NCBI GenBank assembly: GCA_052279835.1
Contig: CP181291.1
Span: 2,656,001-2,720,000 of the forward strand
Length of the DNA: 64,000 nt
Reading direction: 5' to 3'
Source of the DNA: Microcoleus sp.
GTDB lineage: Bacteria; Cyanobacteriota; Cyanobacteriia; Cyanobacteriales; Microcoleaceae
This document shows positions 1 through 10,158 of the stretch, piece after piece; position 1 is the stretch's first letter, and each line of letters begins with the position of its first letter. The notes beneath the pieces were generated by a model. The model was not told the origin of the DNA. It saw nothing but the letters and a program-made list of their open reading frames with translations, and searched no databases. The translations under genes were made by a program, and so were the position numbers.

Positions 1-590
1 TCCTAGGATTAGGATTAGGGGTAGTCAGTTTAGCCATTTTATTTGGGTTACAATTAACCTGGGGTTGGCTAGAAGTAAAAAGTAGCGAAGTTGAAAGCAA
101 AACCAGCGAAAAAATCCTTAATCCTTGGGCTTCTATCCTCAATCCTTCTACTCTCCTGATTTTGTTGTTAGCACTGTGGATTAGTGCGACAGAAGAGTTA
201 ATCTTTCGCGGCTGTTTGCCAAATTTACTGCAACAAGATTACTCAACAATCATAGCAGCAGCGATCACCAGTTTCATTTTCGCGATCGCCCACCTGATCT
301 GGGCTCCTAAAGAAACCATACCTCAACTTCCTGGGTTGTGGCTGATGGGGATGGTTTTAGCCTTAGCTCGCGCCGTAGATAATGGTAGTTTAGGTATGGC
401 GATCGGACTCCATGCAGGCTGGATTTGGGGGATAACCATCGTCGATACAGCTCAACTAATTAAGCCTAGCCAAAGGGTTCCTGAATGGATTACAGGAATA
501 GCCGAAAAACCCCTAGCTGGTGCGGCCGGAATTATGTTATTACTAACAACAGGAACTGTACTATTTCTGATGGAAAAAGGAATCGGCTAG
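1..590 (+). CDS. CPBP/CAAX-family intramembrane metalloprotease (Abi), 5' partial
   Basis: EELIFRG, FAIAH and HAGW motifs; hydrophobic; reading frame open back to the window start. Confidence 0.85.
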   Translation, partial: LGLGLGVVSLAILFGLQLTWGWLEVKSSEVESKTSEKILNPWASILNPSTLLILLLALWISATEELIFRGCLPNLLQQDYSTIIAAAITSFIFAIAHLIWAPKETIPQLPGLWLMGMVLALARAVDNGSLGMAIGLHAGWIWGITIVDTAQLIKPSQRVPEWITGIAEKPLAGAAGIMLLLTTGTVLFLMEKGIG

Positions 591-737
591 GATTTATGGC
601 AAATTTGGTTGGATCGGAATGATTTAACCACAGAGGGCGCCCCCCCCCTGCCCCCCCCAAGGGGGGAAAGAGGAAGAGAAGAGGGAGAAACTGGGTTTTT
701 GTAAATCTGCTGAAATCTGCGGTTAAATCATTGCACA

Positions 738-2072
738 TTAATCTAAAAGGCGATCGATGGTAACTATCGAAACTGGCCGCAAGGAATCGAAACGAGTCAA
801 ATTTACTCCCTGCAAAGAACGGGATAACTGCACTTGCACAATGCGATAACTCCAGTGGGGTTCCCGACGCACTCGATCGCCCATCCAGCTCAACACAGTA
901 GCAATATCTTCCAAAACATCCAAAACTAGCACGATGCAACCCCCAGGGAGCAGGCGCAGGGCGCAAACACCCAAAATTTTAGTCAAGGCAGGGCCACTAC
1001 AGCCAATAAAAATTCGGTGCGGAGGACGTAAGCGGTGCAAGATTTCCGGGGCGGTGCCGTGAATCGAGAGCAGATTTTGCAGTCGAAAACGGGTGCAGTT
1101 GAATTCGATCGCAGAGGTACCAGAAACTGTTTGTTCGATCGCATAAACTTGAGACTGGGGGAATAAGCGAGCAATTTCGATGGACACAGCGCCATTCCCA
1201 GCACCCACATCCCAAACCACCTGTTCTCGTTGCAAAGCCAATTGCGCTAATACTAACACCCGCAGTTCGCGTTCCACCGTCAAACCAGGGCGATCGCCAC
1301 AACCAATAAAAGCCCCGTCTGGTATACCCAACAAAGGTAACTTTTCCAAATCCAAAGATGTCGCCTTCGTCGGCGGTTCCCGCAGCATCACCACCACACT
1401 CAGGGGTGCAAAAGACTCTTCCAGCAAAGCTGACAGAGGTCTCGGCCCCACCCGCTCGTTCGTAGACCCCAAATTTTCACAAACCCAAAATTCGTAGCGT
1501 GTAGGCAAATCTAGAGCTTGCACCAAATTTGCGAGTGCAGCCGGAGTGTGAATTTCATCCACTAGCGCCGCAATCTTCTCGACACCGAGTTTAAGTTTTG
1601 CCGTCAATTCCTCAAAATAAAGTCCCTGGGAACCCACAAAGTGTGCATCTTGCCAAGGAATTTTCAAGCGATTAAAAGCCAACTGCACGCAACTGACGTG
1701 GGGGTGAAAAATCAATTTTGCTGCTGGTAATTGAGCAATTAACAACTTTCCCCAGCCGTAAAACAGGGGGTCGCCCGCTACCAAAATTACAATGTGTTGC
1801 TCCGAAGCAGTGGATGGGTGTGAAAAAGTCTCTTCATCTGGCTCTATATTCGCATTTAATGCCAGCCAGCGCCGAATTTCGAGAATTACGGTGTTTAAAT
1901 CTTGTAACACCCAGCGCTCGCAGGATTCCTGGGAAAAATAACTTAAATGGCGATCGCTCCCTACTAGCAGAGCGGCCATTTCTATAACCTGCCGTGCCGA
2001 TGCACTCAGCCCAGCAGCTCCATCTAAACCGATACCAACTACGTGTACTGTCACTTTTTCAGCAAAAATCAA
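738..2072 (-). CDS. cbiET: Bifunctional precorrin-6Y C5,15-methyltransferase (CbiE/CbiT fusion, CobL-like)
   Basis: VVGIG and GDPLFYG motifs (CbiE) followed by the VWDVGAGNGAVSIE SAM motif (CbiT). Confidence 0.9.
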   Translation of the reverse strand: MIFAEKVTVHVVGIGLDGAAGLSASARQVIEMAALLVGSDRHLSYFSQESCERWVLQDLNTVILEIRRWLALNANIEPDEETFSHPSTASEQHIVILVAGDPLFYGWGKLLIAQLPAAKLIFHPHVSCVQLAFNRLKIPWQDAHFVGSQGLYFEELTAKLKLGVEKIAALVDEIHTPAALANLVQALDLPTRYEFWVCENLGSTNERVGPRPLSALLEESFAPLSVVVMLREPPTKATSLDLEKLPLLGIPDGAFIGCGDRPGLTVERELRVLVLAQLALQREQVVWDVGAGNGAVSIEIARLFPQSQVYAIEQTVSGTSAIEFNCTRFRLQNLLSIHGTAPEILHRLRPPHRIFIGCSGPALTKILGVCALRLLPGGCIVLVLDVLEDIATVLSWMGDRVRREPHWSYRIVQVQLSRSLQGVNLTRFDSLRPVSIVTIDRLLD

Positions 2073-2187
2073 AAAACTAGACTAGCTAATTTTTATTGAG
2101 TAATTATATTTTTGTACGGGAATTTGTTACCAAGCCAAAATAATGGGAGAGGGGGAAAATCAACCCTCTCCCTTCCTTCCCCATTGG

Positions 2188-2973
2188 TTAAAATTCAAAA
2201 ACAGGCCAGTCTGGTTCCCGATAATAGCGATTCATGTCGTCAAACTTCCGCAGTTCGGCTCGGTGTACGGATAGTTCTTGCGGCGTATCCAGCCATCGAT
2301 CGTTTAACTCCGACAGCAAAGCACAGAGGCGATCGCGGTCTAGGTTGGGTCCGGTGTCCCCGAAATAACCTAGGGTAATGTGTGCTGTAAAGTGATATTG
2401 CTGTTCAATTCCCAAACCAATTAAATCGGGATTTTGATAGATCGATCGACGCAACTCTAGAATTTGCTTGTAAGAGTTTTCGTCCGTCGGTGCCATACAC
2501 ACACCTACAGCTCTCGTCATCACCATAAAACCCAGCACTATCCAGCGAATGGGAGTACCGCCAGCCTGGACTGGTTTTGAGGTTGCAAAACCATCGGCCA
2601 TGCGCGATCGTAGTTGCGCCTCAAATTCAGGATTTTTATCGGAGGCATCTTGAAAAGCACTGCTCCAAATCAAATCTGCCACCGTTACATGGAAGCTATC
2701 GGGAGGTAGTGGGATCAAGGAACCCGGATGAAGTTCCTGCAATAGCCGTTGTTGACAAGAGTGCAAGTTCTCATAGAGTGCTGCATTTTCTCCATCTTCC
2801 CCGGCCGGTGGCGTAATCACCGAATAGCCGGGAAAAGGCACTGCAACTTTCACACCAGTTTCGTCCAATTTAAACTTGGGAGATTCCTGGATGTGCTCTA
2901 CTTGGGACTTGTAGGAGTCCAGCAGCGTCAGTCGCGCTACCCTATTTACATAAGCTTGATAAGTATCGTCCAA
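2188..2973 (-). CDS. DUF1868-like 2H phosphoesterase family protein
   Basis: Two HxT motifs (FHVTVAD, AHITLGY); PFPGYSVITP motif; TTG start with GAGG upstream. Confidence 0.75.
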   Translation of the reverse strand: MDDTYQAYVNRVARLTLLDSYKSQVEHIQESPKFKLDETGVKVAVPFPGYSVITPPAGEDGENAALYENLHSCQQRLLQELHPGSLIPLPPDSFHVTVADLIWSSAFQDASDKNPEFEAQLRSRMADGFATSKPVQAGGTPIRWIVLGFMVMTRAVGVCMAPTDENSYKQILELRRSIYQNPDLIGLGIEQQYHFTAHITLGYFGDTGPNLDRDRLCALLSELNDRWLDTPQELSVHRAELRKFDDMNRYYREPDWPVFEF

Positions 2974-2996
2974 TCTCTATTTCCTCGTGCTAATTA

Positions 2997-3031
2997 TTGA
3001 CACTATCCGGCGTGAACGCGCGGGAATTCTT
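2997..3031 (-). mobile_element. IS200/IS605-family right-end-like hairpin
   Basis: Minus strand reads AAGAATTCCCGCGCGTTCACGCCGGATAGTGTCAA: an imperfect hairpin ending in TCAA, as in cyanobacterial IS605 ends. Confidence 0.6.
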
Positions 3032-3258
3032 CAGGAACTACTAAATTGCAATTCTTAAAGGCATTCTCTAACTACCCCTATACGTTCAAAACCACTGACT
3101 TGCGTCATGGCAATTACGCTTACTTTTAGTACAGTTAGAGATGCTTTCGTTCGCACTTTTCAACACTAGCCAGTCCGGTACGCTCAACATATAGAATCTT
3201 TAACTATTCGCAATAAACTTAGTATAATACACCATTATTCGGTGCCTTTGTGCTAGAA

Positions 3259-4236
3259 ATGCAAATTTACCTTTTTTGGGGAGAAGACGATTTTGCAATG
3301 GGGCAAGCTGTGACAAGTTTACGCCAAAGTACCGTCGATCCCAACTGGGCGAGTTTTAACTATGACAAGATTATGGCCGATCGCGCCGAGGCTGTGGTCG
3401 AAGGACTCGATCGAGCTTTGACTCCTCCCTTTGGTACTGGTAGCCGTTTTGTCTGGCTGGCTAATACCACTGTCACCCAACAATGTTCTCCAGAACTTTT
3501 AGCCCAATTGGAACGGACTCTCCCAGTGATTCCCGACTCCAGCGTACTGCTGCTGACATCGGCAAAAAAACCCGATAGTCGGCTCAAGTCCACCAAGTTA
3601 CTCGTCAAGTCCGCCCAAGTGCGAGAATTTTCGCCGATTCCGCCTTGGAATGACAAAGAATTAGCTCAGCGGGTGCGTCAAGTCGCCGCCGAAATGGGAG
3701 TCAAGTTGACTACCACGGCGATCGAATTTTTGGCAGAATCTATCGGTAGCGATACTCGATTGCTCTACAGCGAACTCGAAAAATTGCTACTGTTTGCGGG
3801 AAACCGCAGTCAACCTCTGACACCGGATGAGGTGGCAGCATTGGTCAACTGTCACGCCCAGAATACATTCCAGCTAGCGGATGCAATTCGCCAAGGACAT
3901 ACCGAGGAAGCTTTAGATTTATTGGCCGGTTTAACCGGCCGCAACGAACCTGGATTAAGGATTGTGGCGGGCTTGACCAGTAAGTTTCGCCTTTGGCTTT
4001 GGGTCAAGGTCATGATGGCAGCGGGCGATCGGGACGATCTAATTGCTCAAGCTCTAGACTTGGGAAATCCCAAACGAGTATACTATTTTCGCCAAGAAGT
4101 CAAGAACGCCAGCTTAGAAAAACTACAAAAAACTTTACCTTTATTGCTAGAGTTGGAAGCCTCTTTAAAGCGAGGGCAAGAAGAAAAATCAACCCTGCAA
4201 ACCAAAGTTATAGAACTTTCTAGCTTGTTTCGCTAA
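3259..4236 (+). CDS. holA: DNA polymerase III subunit delta
   Basis: IYLFWGEDDF, TPPFG and ELEKL motifs; typical length. Confidence 0.92.
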   Translation: MQIYLFWGEDDFAMGQAVTSLRQSTVDPNWASFNYDKIMADRAEAVVEGLDRALTPPFGTGSRFVWLANTTVTQQCSPELLAQLERTLPVIPDSSVLLLTSAKKPDSRLKSTKLLVKSAQVREFSPIPPWNDKELAQRVRQVAAEMGVKLTTTAIEFLAESIGSDTRLLYSELEKLLLFAGNRSQPLTPDEVAALVNCHAQNTFQLADAIRQGHTEEALDLLAGLTGRNEPGLRIVAGLTSKFRLWLWVKVMMAAGDRDDLIAQALDLGNPKRVYYFRQEVKNASLEKLQKTLPLLLELEASLKRGQEEKSTLQTKVIELSSLFR

Positions 4237-4613
4237 CTGGCAAAAAATTAATTGTTATAAGCCTAAGTTTCGGATACAAAGTGAATTCCAAAAAGCTCCG
4301 TATAAACCTTGTATCCACATCCAAATATTCATGGTAATTTTAGTGCATCTTTTCCACGAAAAACAGTATCCATTGAAACTTTTTAGCTACAGAAGTCAAG
4401 CTTTTATCTTAAATCTTCCTTCAGGCGTAGATAATATTACTAGGTAAAATTTAATTTCGTTCTCTGGATGCCACTCTCTTCAGTAAATTTTATGATTGTG
4501 GTGAGCTTTGATACTGTGATAATGTTTGGAAATAATCTCAGCAAACAAGTTTTAAATCAGCTCCGGCGCTACTGCCACATTCTTAGGATAAGGCAATAAA
4601 GAGGACAAGCATC

Positions 4614-5188
4614 ATGACCATAGGAGAATCAAGTGACAAAAATGCCGTTGAAGTAGATGGCATCCGGTTTGAAACAATCCTGTCAGACCGTCTGTGGACT
4701 GTCCCGATAAAAAGAACTAAGCAAGACGATCATACATCTGTAGTGTTAGGTTTTTCCATCACTAACAATACTTCAACTCCCTATTATTTTAGTGGTTTCC
4801 AATTTGTTCCAGAAATTATAACATCAGATGGTCAAAATATTAATCCTGGTTATCAGGCAGATGGAGTAGGAGTACGTGACGCATCCGATCTTCACTTAAC
4901 TATGCCGGGGAAGTCTGTAACTTGTTCTCAAACCGCTCAGTGTTATTGGGAGCGAAGACATCCAAAAAAAAGAAAGCAGGATAGAGATTTAAGGCTTTTT
5001 ATGCCTTTTACCAACCGTGAACATTGGAAATTTCATCTACATCTACGGGTAATTATTCGATTAGATTCAAATACGAAGTAACTAATGAGGAAGTAAACTG
5101 CTATGACGAGTTAATAGATAAACAGTGCTTAAAAATGGTATGGATGGGTCAAGTTTTTACCCCTTTCATAGAGTTTTGCATAGTGTAA
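4614..5188 (+). pseudogene. Conserved cyanobacterial hypothetical protein, frameshifted near 5035
   Basis: ORF 4614-5081 continues in another frame as GNYSIRFKY...WMGQVFTPFIEFCIV* to 5188; a CATCTA duplication lies at the break. Confidence 0.6.
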
Positions 5189-5278
5189 CCAGTAACCAAA
5201 AAGTAAAAATGAATCTAATTAAGGATTTACGCCTGATAATTAGCACTTCGTATAAACATAACTGATTGAGGATACATA

Positions 5279-6258
5279 ATGGAGACAACACAAACGATCG
5301 TAATGTTTTTAGCAACACCCTTATTAGTTACATTCATGAGTCAAGAGGCTATGGGTTTCAGCCTGAGTTTTGTAGCAAAAGGAGCGCGAGATTTATACCT
5401 TCCAACTCAGTCTGTCACTTATATGCAAGGGAATGAAGAAATAACTATCAACACCAGACTGGAGCCATATAAAATAACAGAAATGCCACATGGCGGGACG
5501 ATAACTTTGCAAAATCTGTTAGAGGCTTATAGGATATCAGCTTATAATAATTCCGGTCGTACACAGATTTGGAATTTTACTAAAGCGGATAAAGACTTAA
5601 GAGGAAATGTAGAAGTATTAAACTATTATGCTTGTACTTTCAATATTCCCTGTAAATATCCAAATCTACCAAATGTAACAACACCTAATCCACCTGTTTC
5701 AACCGGAGTGGGAGCTGGGATTGAGTTGAATTACCGGCGAGGTAGAGGTGATACAACACGAGACCTTCATTGGATTCAGTGGGTAAACACTAACCACCCG
5801 GCTCATGTGAAGCAACATGACAATAAAGTGTCAAAATACCTTGACAATGTAGGCCGTGAAAACACCCCTTTCTATCCAGGAAGTACCGAAAGATTGGCAG
5901 ACAGAAGCTATAGAGAAGATCCCCTAAACGAGCATTAACAGAAAACGATGAAAATAACGCAGATATAGGAAGCATTAGTGCCGATTTACTTCAAGACCAA
6001 GAACTATCTTCAGAGGATAACAATTCTAACCAAGTAGATTTAGCAGGAATCAGCGCCGACTTACTGGAAGACCCAGAACTATCGTATCTTGACGATACTC
6101 TCACCGCAACAACTCCAAAAGTCTCAGCTCAAAATACCGACGATGATGCACTCTCGGCAGAAGCCGTTCCCGAACCAACCACCGGATTAGGCACTTTATT
6201 AGCTCTAGCTATATTGCCTGTAATTAAAAGACTCACAAACCGGAAAAACAAAGAGTAA
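5279..6258 (+). pseudogene. PEP-CTERM surface protein, split by a frameshift or internal deletion near 5935
   Basis: N-terminal signal-like segment; ORF stops at 5938; an alternate frame to 6258 encodes an acidic linker plus VPEPTTGLGTLLALAILPVIKRLTNRKNKE*. Confidence 0.8.
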
Positions 6259-7640
6259 TGAAAACCCTCTACATTCTCCTGTTCGCCCTCAGCATCATCC
6301 TCATCAACCCCTGGGGAAGCAGCCGGGGCCTCATCTGGACTGCCCCCAAAGTGTTCGTGATTTGGCTAATAGTCGGAGTCAATCTCGCCCTCTTGTGGGA
6401 ACAAAGAAAATCCATAACCATTTCCCGAAAATGGAAAATATCGCTAATACTTTGGACAATATTTCTCTCAATCGGAGCTATCTCCACTCTACAAAGTCCT
6501 TTTCCCTTAACCTCTTTCTTCGGTCAAGACCAAATGGGAGACGGCTGGCTCTACTGGCTGTTAATTGCCGCCTTCACTCTTAGCAACAGCTTGCTCTTAA
6601 CCGTACACCCGCAACTGATTAATTCCCAATTCCAAGGACTTCTAATTGGCGGCATTATTCTTTCTCTTAGTATCTTCCCCCAAATCATTGACTGGCGGCT
6701 CGACTATACGGCGACAATGGGGCAAATTATCAGAGCCGATGTTAATGCCAGCAGTATATTTCAAGGACAGCAACCCATCGGATTGTATTCCCACAGAGGT
6801 CACGCAGCTATAGTTTTAGCATTAATAATAATCACTTCTCTTTTCGGTTGGTTTTCGAGATTTACCACAACTAAATTAACGGCAATTACTTTAATTTTAA
6901 CTGTTCCCGCACTGCTGCTAACTTCTACTCGAAGTGCTATTTTAGCTTTGATGGTTGCCACTGTCTATTTGCTCAGAGGCAAATATTACAAAATTATTGT
7001 AGGAATTATTCCGATCGCCATAATCCCCATTGCCATCATGACTGTCACCAGACCGCTAGATTGGAGCAAACCGACCATCGCCCAAATCATGTCTAGCCGA
7101 TCGCCCATGTGGACACTTTCAGCCCGTGGCATCAAAAAACGCCCGCTATTTGGATGGGGATTTGACGGTTTCGGCATTGCCTATCCCTACATCCGAAATC
7201 CTCAAGTAACTCCGATCGTTGTAAATTTAGATGAGTTTACTTACGACTATATTAACATAAAAGGTGAAATCAGCACTAGAGAAATTTATACTTACAAAGC
7301 TCACAATTGGATGCTGGATACAACGCTATCTGTGGGCATTTTCGGGCTGGTTGCTGGCATTGCACTTTGGGGATATTATGTATGTTTAGCGCTGAATTAT
7401 TTTCGGGGCGGTATTGAAGCTGTTGCTATTGCTTATCTAATTTTTACTTTCACTTGGTTCGACTGCGCTCAATATGCACATATTGCCTGGTGGATGATGA
7501 GTTTCGCTGGAGTTGAATCTGCTTATTTTACTCGTTTTTCTCGTTGGCGATCGCAGTCTGAGCAATTAGCAATTACCAGTCTTACATTTCCTGCATCAAC
7601 CGCAAACAATTCTGCCAGATCTGCATCACATACACCGTAA
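6258..7640 (+). CDS. O-antigen ligase / Wzy_C family membrane protein
   Basis: Multi-TM protein with TSTRSA, R-x2-MW, RPLFGWGFDGF and AHN motifs; TAATG overlap with the upstream PEP-CTERM stop. Confidence 0.85.
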   Translation: MKTLYILLFALSIILINPWGSSRGLIWTAPKVFVIWLIVGVNLALLWEQRKSITISRKWKISLILWTIFLSIGAISTLQSPFPLTSFFGQDQMGDGWLYWLLIAAFTLSNSLLLTVHPQLINSQFQGLLIGGIILSLSIFPQIIDWRLDYTATMGQIIRADVNASSIFQGQQPIGLYSHRGHAAIVLALIIITSLFGWFSRFTTTKLTAITLILTVPALLLTSTRSAILALMVATVYLLRGKYYKIIVGIIPIAIIPIAIMTVTRPLDWSKPTIAQIMSSRSPMWTLSARGIKKRPLFGWGFDGFGIAYPYIRNPQVTPIVVNLDEFTYDYINIKGEISTREIYTYKAHNWMLDTTLSVGIFGLVAGIALWGYYVCLALNYFRGGIEAVAIAYLIFTFTWFDCAQYAHIAWWMMSFAGVESAYFTRFSRWRSQSEQLAITSLTFPASTANNSARSASHTP

Positions 7641-7932
7641 CCTTTGGATAGATTTAGTCTGATTCATTTTTCATCATGTGCGATCGATCCCTAGTCCTCT
7701 CTTATTGATGCCGGTAGTGTTGACAAGGTTCTCATTTTATGCTAAGTTGGGGTTACTGGTGACATTCTAAAAATTCTTTCTAATTCAATGGTGAACCTTA
7801 AATTAGTTTAACTAAGTCTTGTAGAGTAGATAATCTCATAAATAAATATTGTCCGGTAGCACCAATTTGAAGTAAAAAAGATGTGCATAGCTTTTATTAT
7901 GCAGCTATAAGCCCCCCAAAAGAGCGCTAGCC

Positions 7933-9153
7933 ATGACACAACAGAACCCGCGGGAACTTCTCAAGCAGGGCGATCCACAAGCCATCGCATCTAGCATCAA
8001 CCGTACACTCAAACCCAAAGGCATCAACGCCGAAGTGGCGCGGGACAACGGCTGCCTCCACATAACTCTGGAGTCAGGCAAAGTACCGGATCAAATGGTA
8101 TTGGTGGATTTCATCCGCACTGGGATGACCAAGTTGGGACTAGAATCTATTCACACAGTACAAGTTTACGGGCGTCGAATCGGTGACAGCTCGCCAACAT
8201 GGGAAGAGGAAATAGAGCTAATGCCGGCATCGCCCATGCTTTATGAACATGAGACTTCTATGCCTCACGACTCCGTAGGTTTGGATGATGTCGAACCCGA
8301 AAGTGAAGACTATTATCAAGACGAAGAGTTCGATCGAGACGAAGACGACGAGGTAGAAGACGAGGTAGAGGAAACTCCGCCTCCCAAAAAACAATTCCCC
8401 AAATGGGCAATACCTGTAGGGATATTAGTACCCGTGATGGCCCTGGCTGGGCTGTTCTTTACAGGAAATCTACCATTTGTGAGCGGTTCTACCTCCGAAC
8501 CAACCTCCCCAGAAGTTGCTTCGCCATCCCCAACAGCTACCTCTAGTGCACCCAAACCAGCATCACCCTCTCCCAGCGCCTCTGACGGTGAGAAACCAGC
8601 AGCATCTCCAGCCCCCACAGCCCTTCCCAATGCTGCTGCGAAGCCAGCAAGCCCAGCTCCGCTAGGAGCATCTCCTGCGCCCCCAGCAGCCTCTGGTACA
8701 CCCAAGGCATCTCCTGCGCCCCCAGCAGCCTCTGGTACACCCAAGGCATCTCCTGCACCCGCAGCAGCCTCTGGTACACCCAAGGCATCTCCTGCGCCCC
8801 CAGCAGCCTCTGGTACACCCAAGGCATCTCCTGCACCCACAGCAGCCTCTGGTACACCCAAGGCATCTCCTGCACCCACAGCAACCTCTGGTACGCCCAA
8901 GGCAGCCTCTGGCACGCCTAAGTCTGACCCTTGGAGGGAAGCGGTTAATCAGGCTCAGAGTGCAGCAATTCTGGCGCAAACCGCTCAGTCTCAAACTGAG
9001 TGGATCGCCGTAGCCAACCAGTGGCAGAAAGCTGTCGATCTAATGAATGTGGTGCCCACAACTAGCCCCAATCATCAAAAAGCTCAGCAAAAAGCCACAG
9101 AATATAAATCAAATCTGGAAGTTGCTAACCGCAGGGCCACCTCCGCGCCTTAG
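7933..9153 (+). CDS. Single-pass membrane hypothetical protein with Pro/Ala-rich repeat linker
   Basis: N-terminal globular region, acidic tract, TM helix (WAIPVGILVPVMALAGLFF), 13-aa repeats, helical C-terminal domain. Confidence 0.8.
   Translation: MTQQNPRELLKQGDPQAIASSINRTLKPKGINAEVARDNGCLHITLESGKVPDQMVLVDFIRTGMTKLGLESIHTVQVYGRRIGDSSPTWEEEIELMPASPMLYEHETSMPHDSVGLDDVEPESEDYYQDEEFDRDEDDEVEDEVEETPPPKKQFPKWAIPVGILVPVMALAGLFFTGNLPFVSGSTSEPTSPEVASPSPTATSSAPKPASPSPSASDGEKPAASPAPTALPNAAAKPASPAPLGASPAPPAASGTPKASPAPPAASGTPKASPAPAAASGTPKASPAPPAASGTPKASPAPTAASGTPKASPAPTATSGTPKAASGTPKSDPWREAVNQAQSAAILAQTAQSQTEWIAVANQWQKAVDLMNVVPTTSPNHQKAQQKATEYKSNLEVANRRATSAP
8668..8921 (+). repeat. 39-bp coding tandem repeat, 6 copies plus a partial (ASPAPPAASGTPK)
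   Basis: GCATCTCCTGC-initiated units at 8668, 8707, 8746, 8785, 8824 and 8863. Confidence 0.95.
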
Positions 9154-9234
9154 CAGTTTTAAGTGGTGAGTTGAATACTCAATGTGTAACGAGTCAAAAG
9201 TTAAAAGTTGAGAGTATAAAAATCTTGTTTTTAC

Positions 9235-9334
9235 AGGACTTACGCATGGGGGGTCAAAAATCCGGTTTCTGCGTGAATATTGGTCGAAAAAATCGACTAT
9301 TTTGGGAAGAAACCGGGTTTTTTGCGTAAGTCCT
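9235..9334. repeat. MITE-like element with AGGACTTACGCA terminal inverted repeats
   Basis: AGGACTTACGCA ... TGCGTAAGTCCT with an inner CCGGTTTC/GAAACCGG inverted repeat; related copies at ~13752, ~60523 and ~61499. Confidence 0.8.
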
Positions 9335-9763
9335 ATTTTACTCAAAGCTGTCTGACTATTGGCTTTTTTAAGTTTTCTAGAAACTGCTCTCAACTAAATT
9401 CAGAAAAGCAACAACTTTTAAACCTATAGGACGGTATTGCTATAGTTATATCAAATCCGTTGGTAAGTAGAAGGAAGAAGATCGATGTGAAGAAGATCGA
9501 TGTGAAGAAGACTTATGCAGTCAGCTTTTCGGTCATCCGTATTTTACGTTTAATTAAGTGGATTTACTTATCGTCCTGTATTCATCTCTCTCTTCTCCTC
9601 CTCTGTGCCCTCTGCGCCAAGAGCGGTTAAATCATTCCAATGCAACCGTAAACGATATTATTCCAATTTTCATGAATGGTTGCCGATCGCCATCGAGACC
9701 AATTTCGCGCTGATTTATCCGCCTCATACTAAACAGTTAAGGACAGTTAAGGGAATCTAAATC

Positions 9764-9884
9764 GGGTACATCTGAATTTGGCAAATATATTCGTAGGGGC
9801 GAAGCATGACCGCTGTAAATCTCTGGTTATCACGAATAAATTTTCTGCGGTCATGCTTCGCCTATGCAAAATCGGGATGCTCCC
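9764..9884. repeat. REP/MITE-like element with GTAGGGGCGAAGCAT...ATGCTTCGCC palindrome
   Basis: Long inverted repeat; inverted copy at 22730-22953. Confidence 0.8.
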
Positions 9885-10158
9885 TCTAATTCTGAACCAT
9901 TTCCCCAAAGGAGTGTTTATTTAAGTAAGTTTATCCTAGCTCAAAGATTGAATTAAAATTGCAATCAAAAGGTCAATTAAAGCTATTTATAAATATTTGC
10001 GGTGAGTATAGATAGTACGATTCAAAACATTAACATTCAATCTCGCCTTCTGCTTGAGATTTGAGATTTTCAATTTGAAAATTCTCCCGTTCGGATTGGG
10101 AACTCCAGTCAGCCTGGGTGTTGCCATCCATCAGCGGCTGGACGAAATTTCTGGCTTC

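Noticed and set aside
4260..4385. ATTGAAAC motif and AT-rich stretch resembling a CRISPR repeat end or leader
   Set aside because: Single occurrence, no repeat-spacer periodicity and no cas genes.
8316..8994. Minus-strand repeat ORFs (GALGVPEAA, CLGCTRGCC)
   Set aside because: Antisense shadows of the 39-bp coding repeat.
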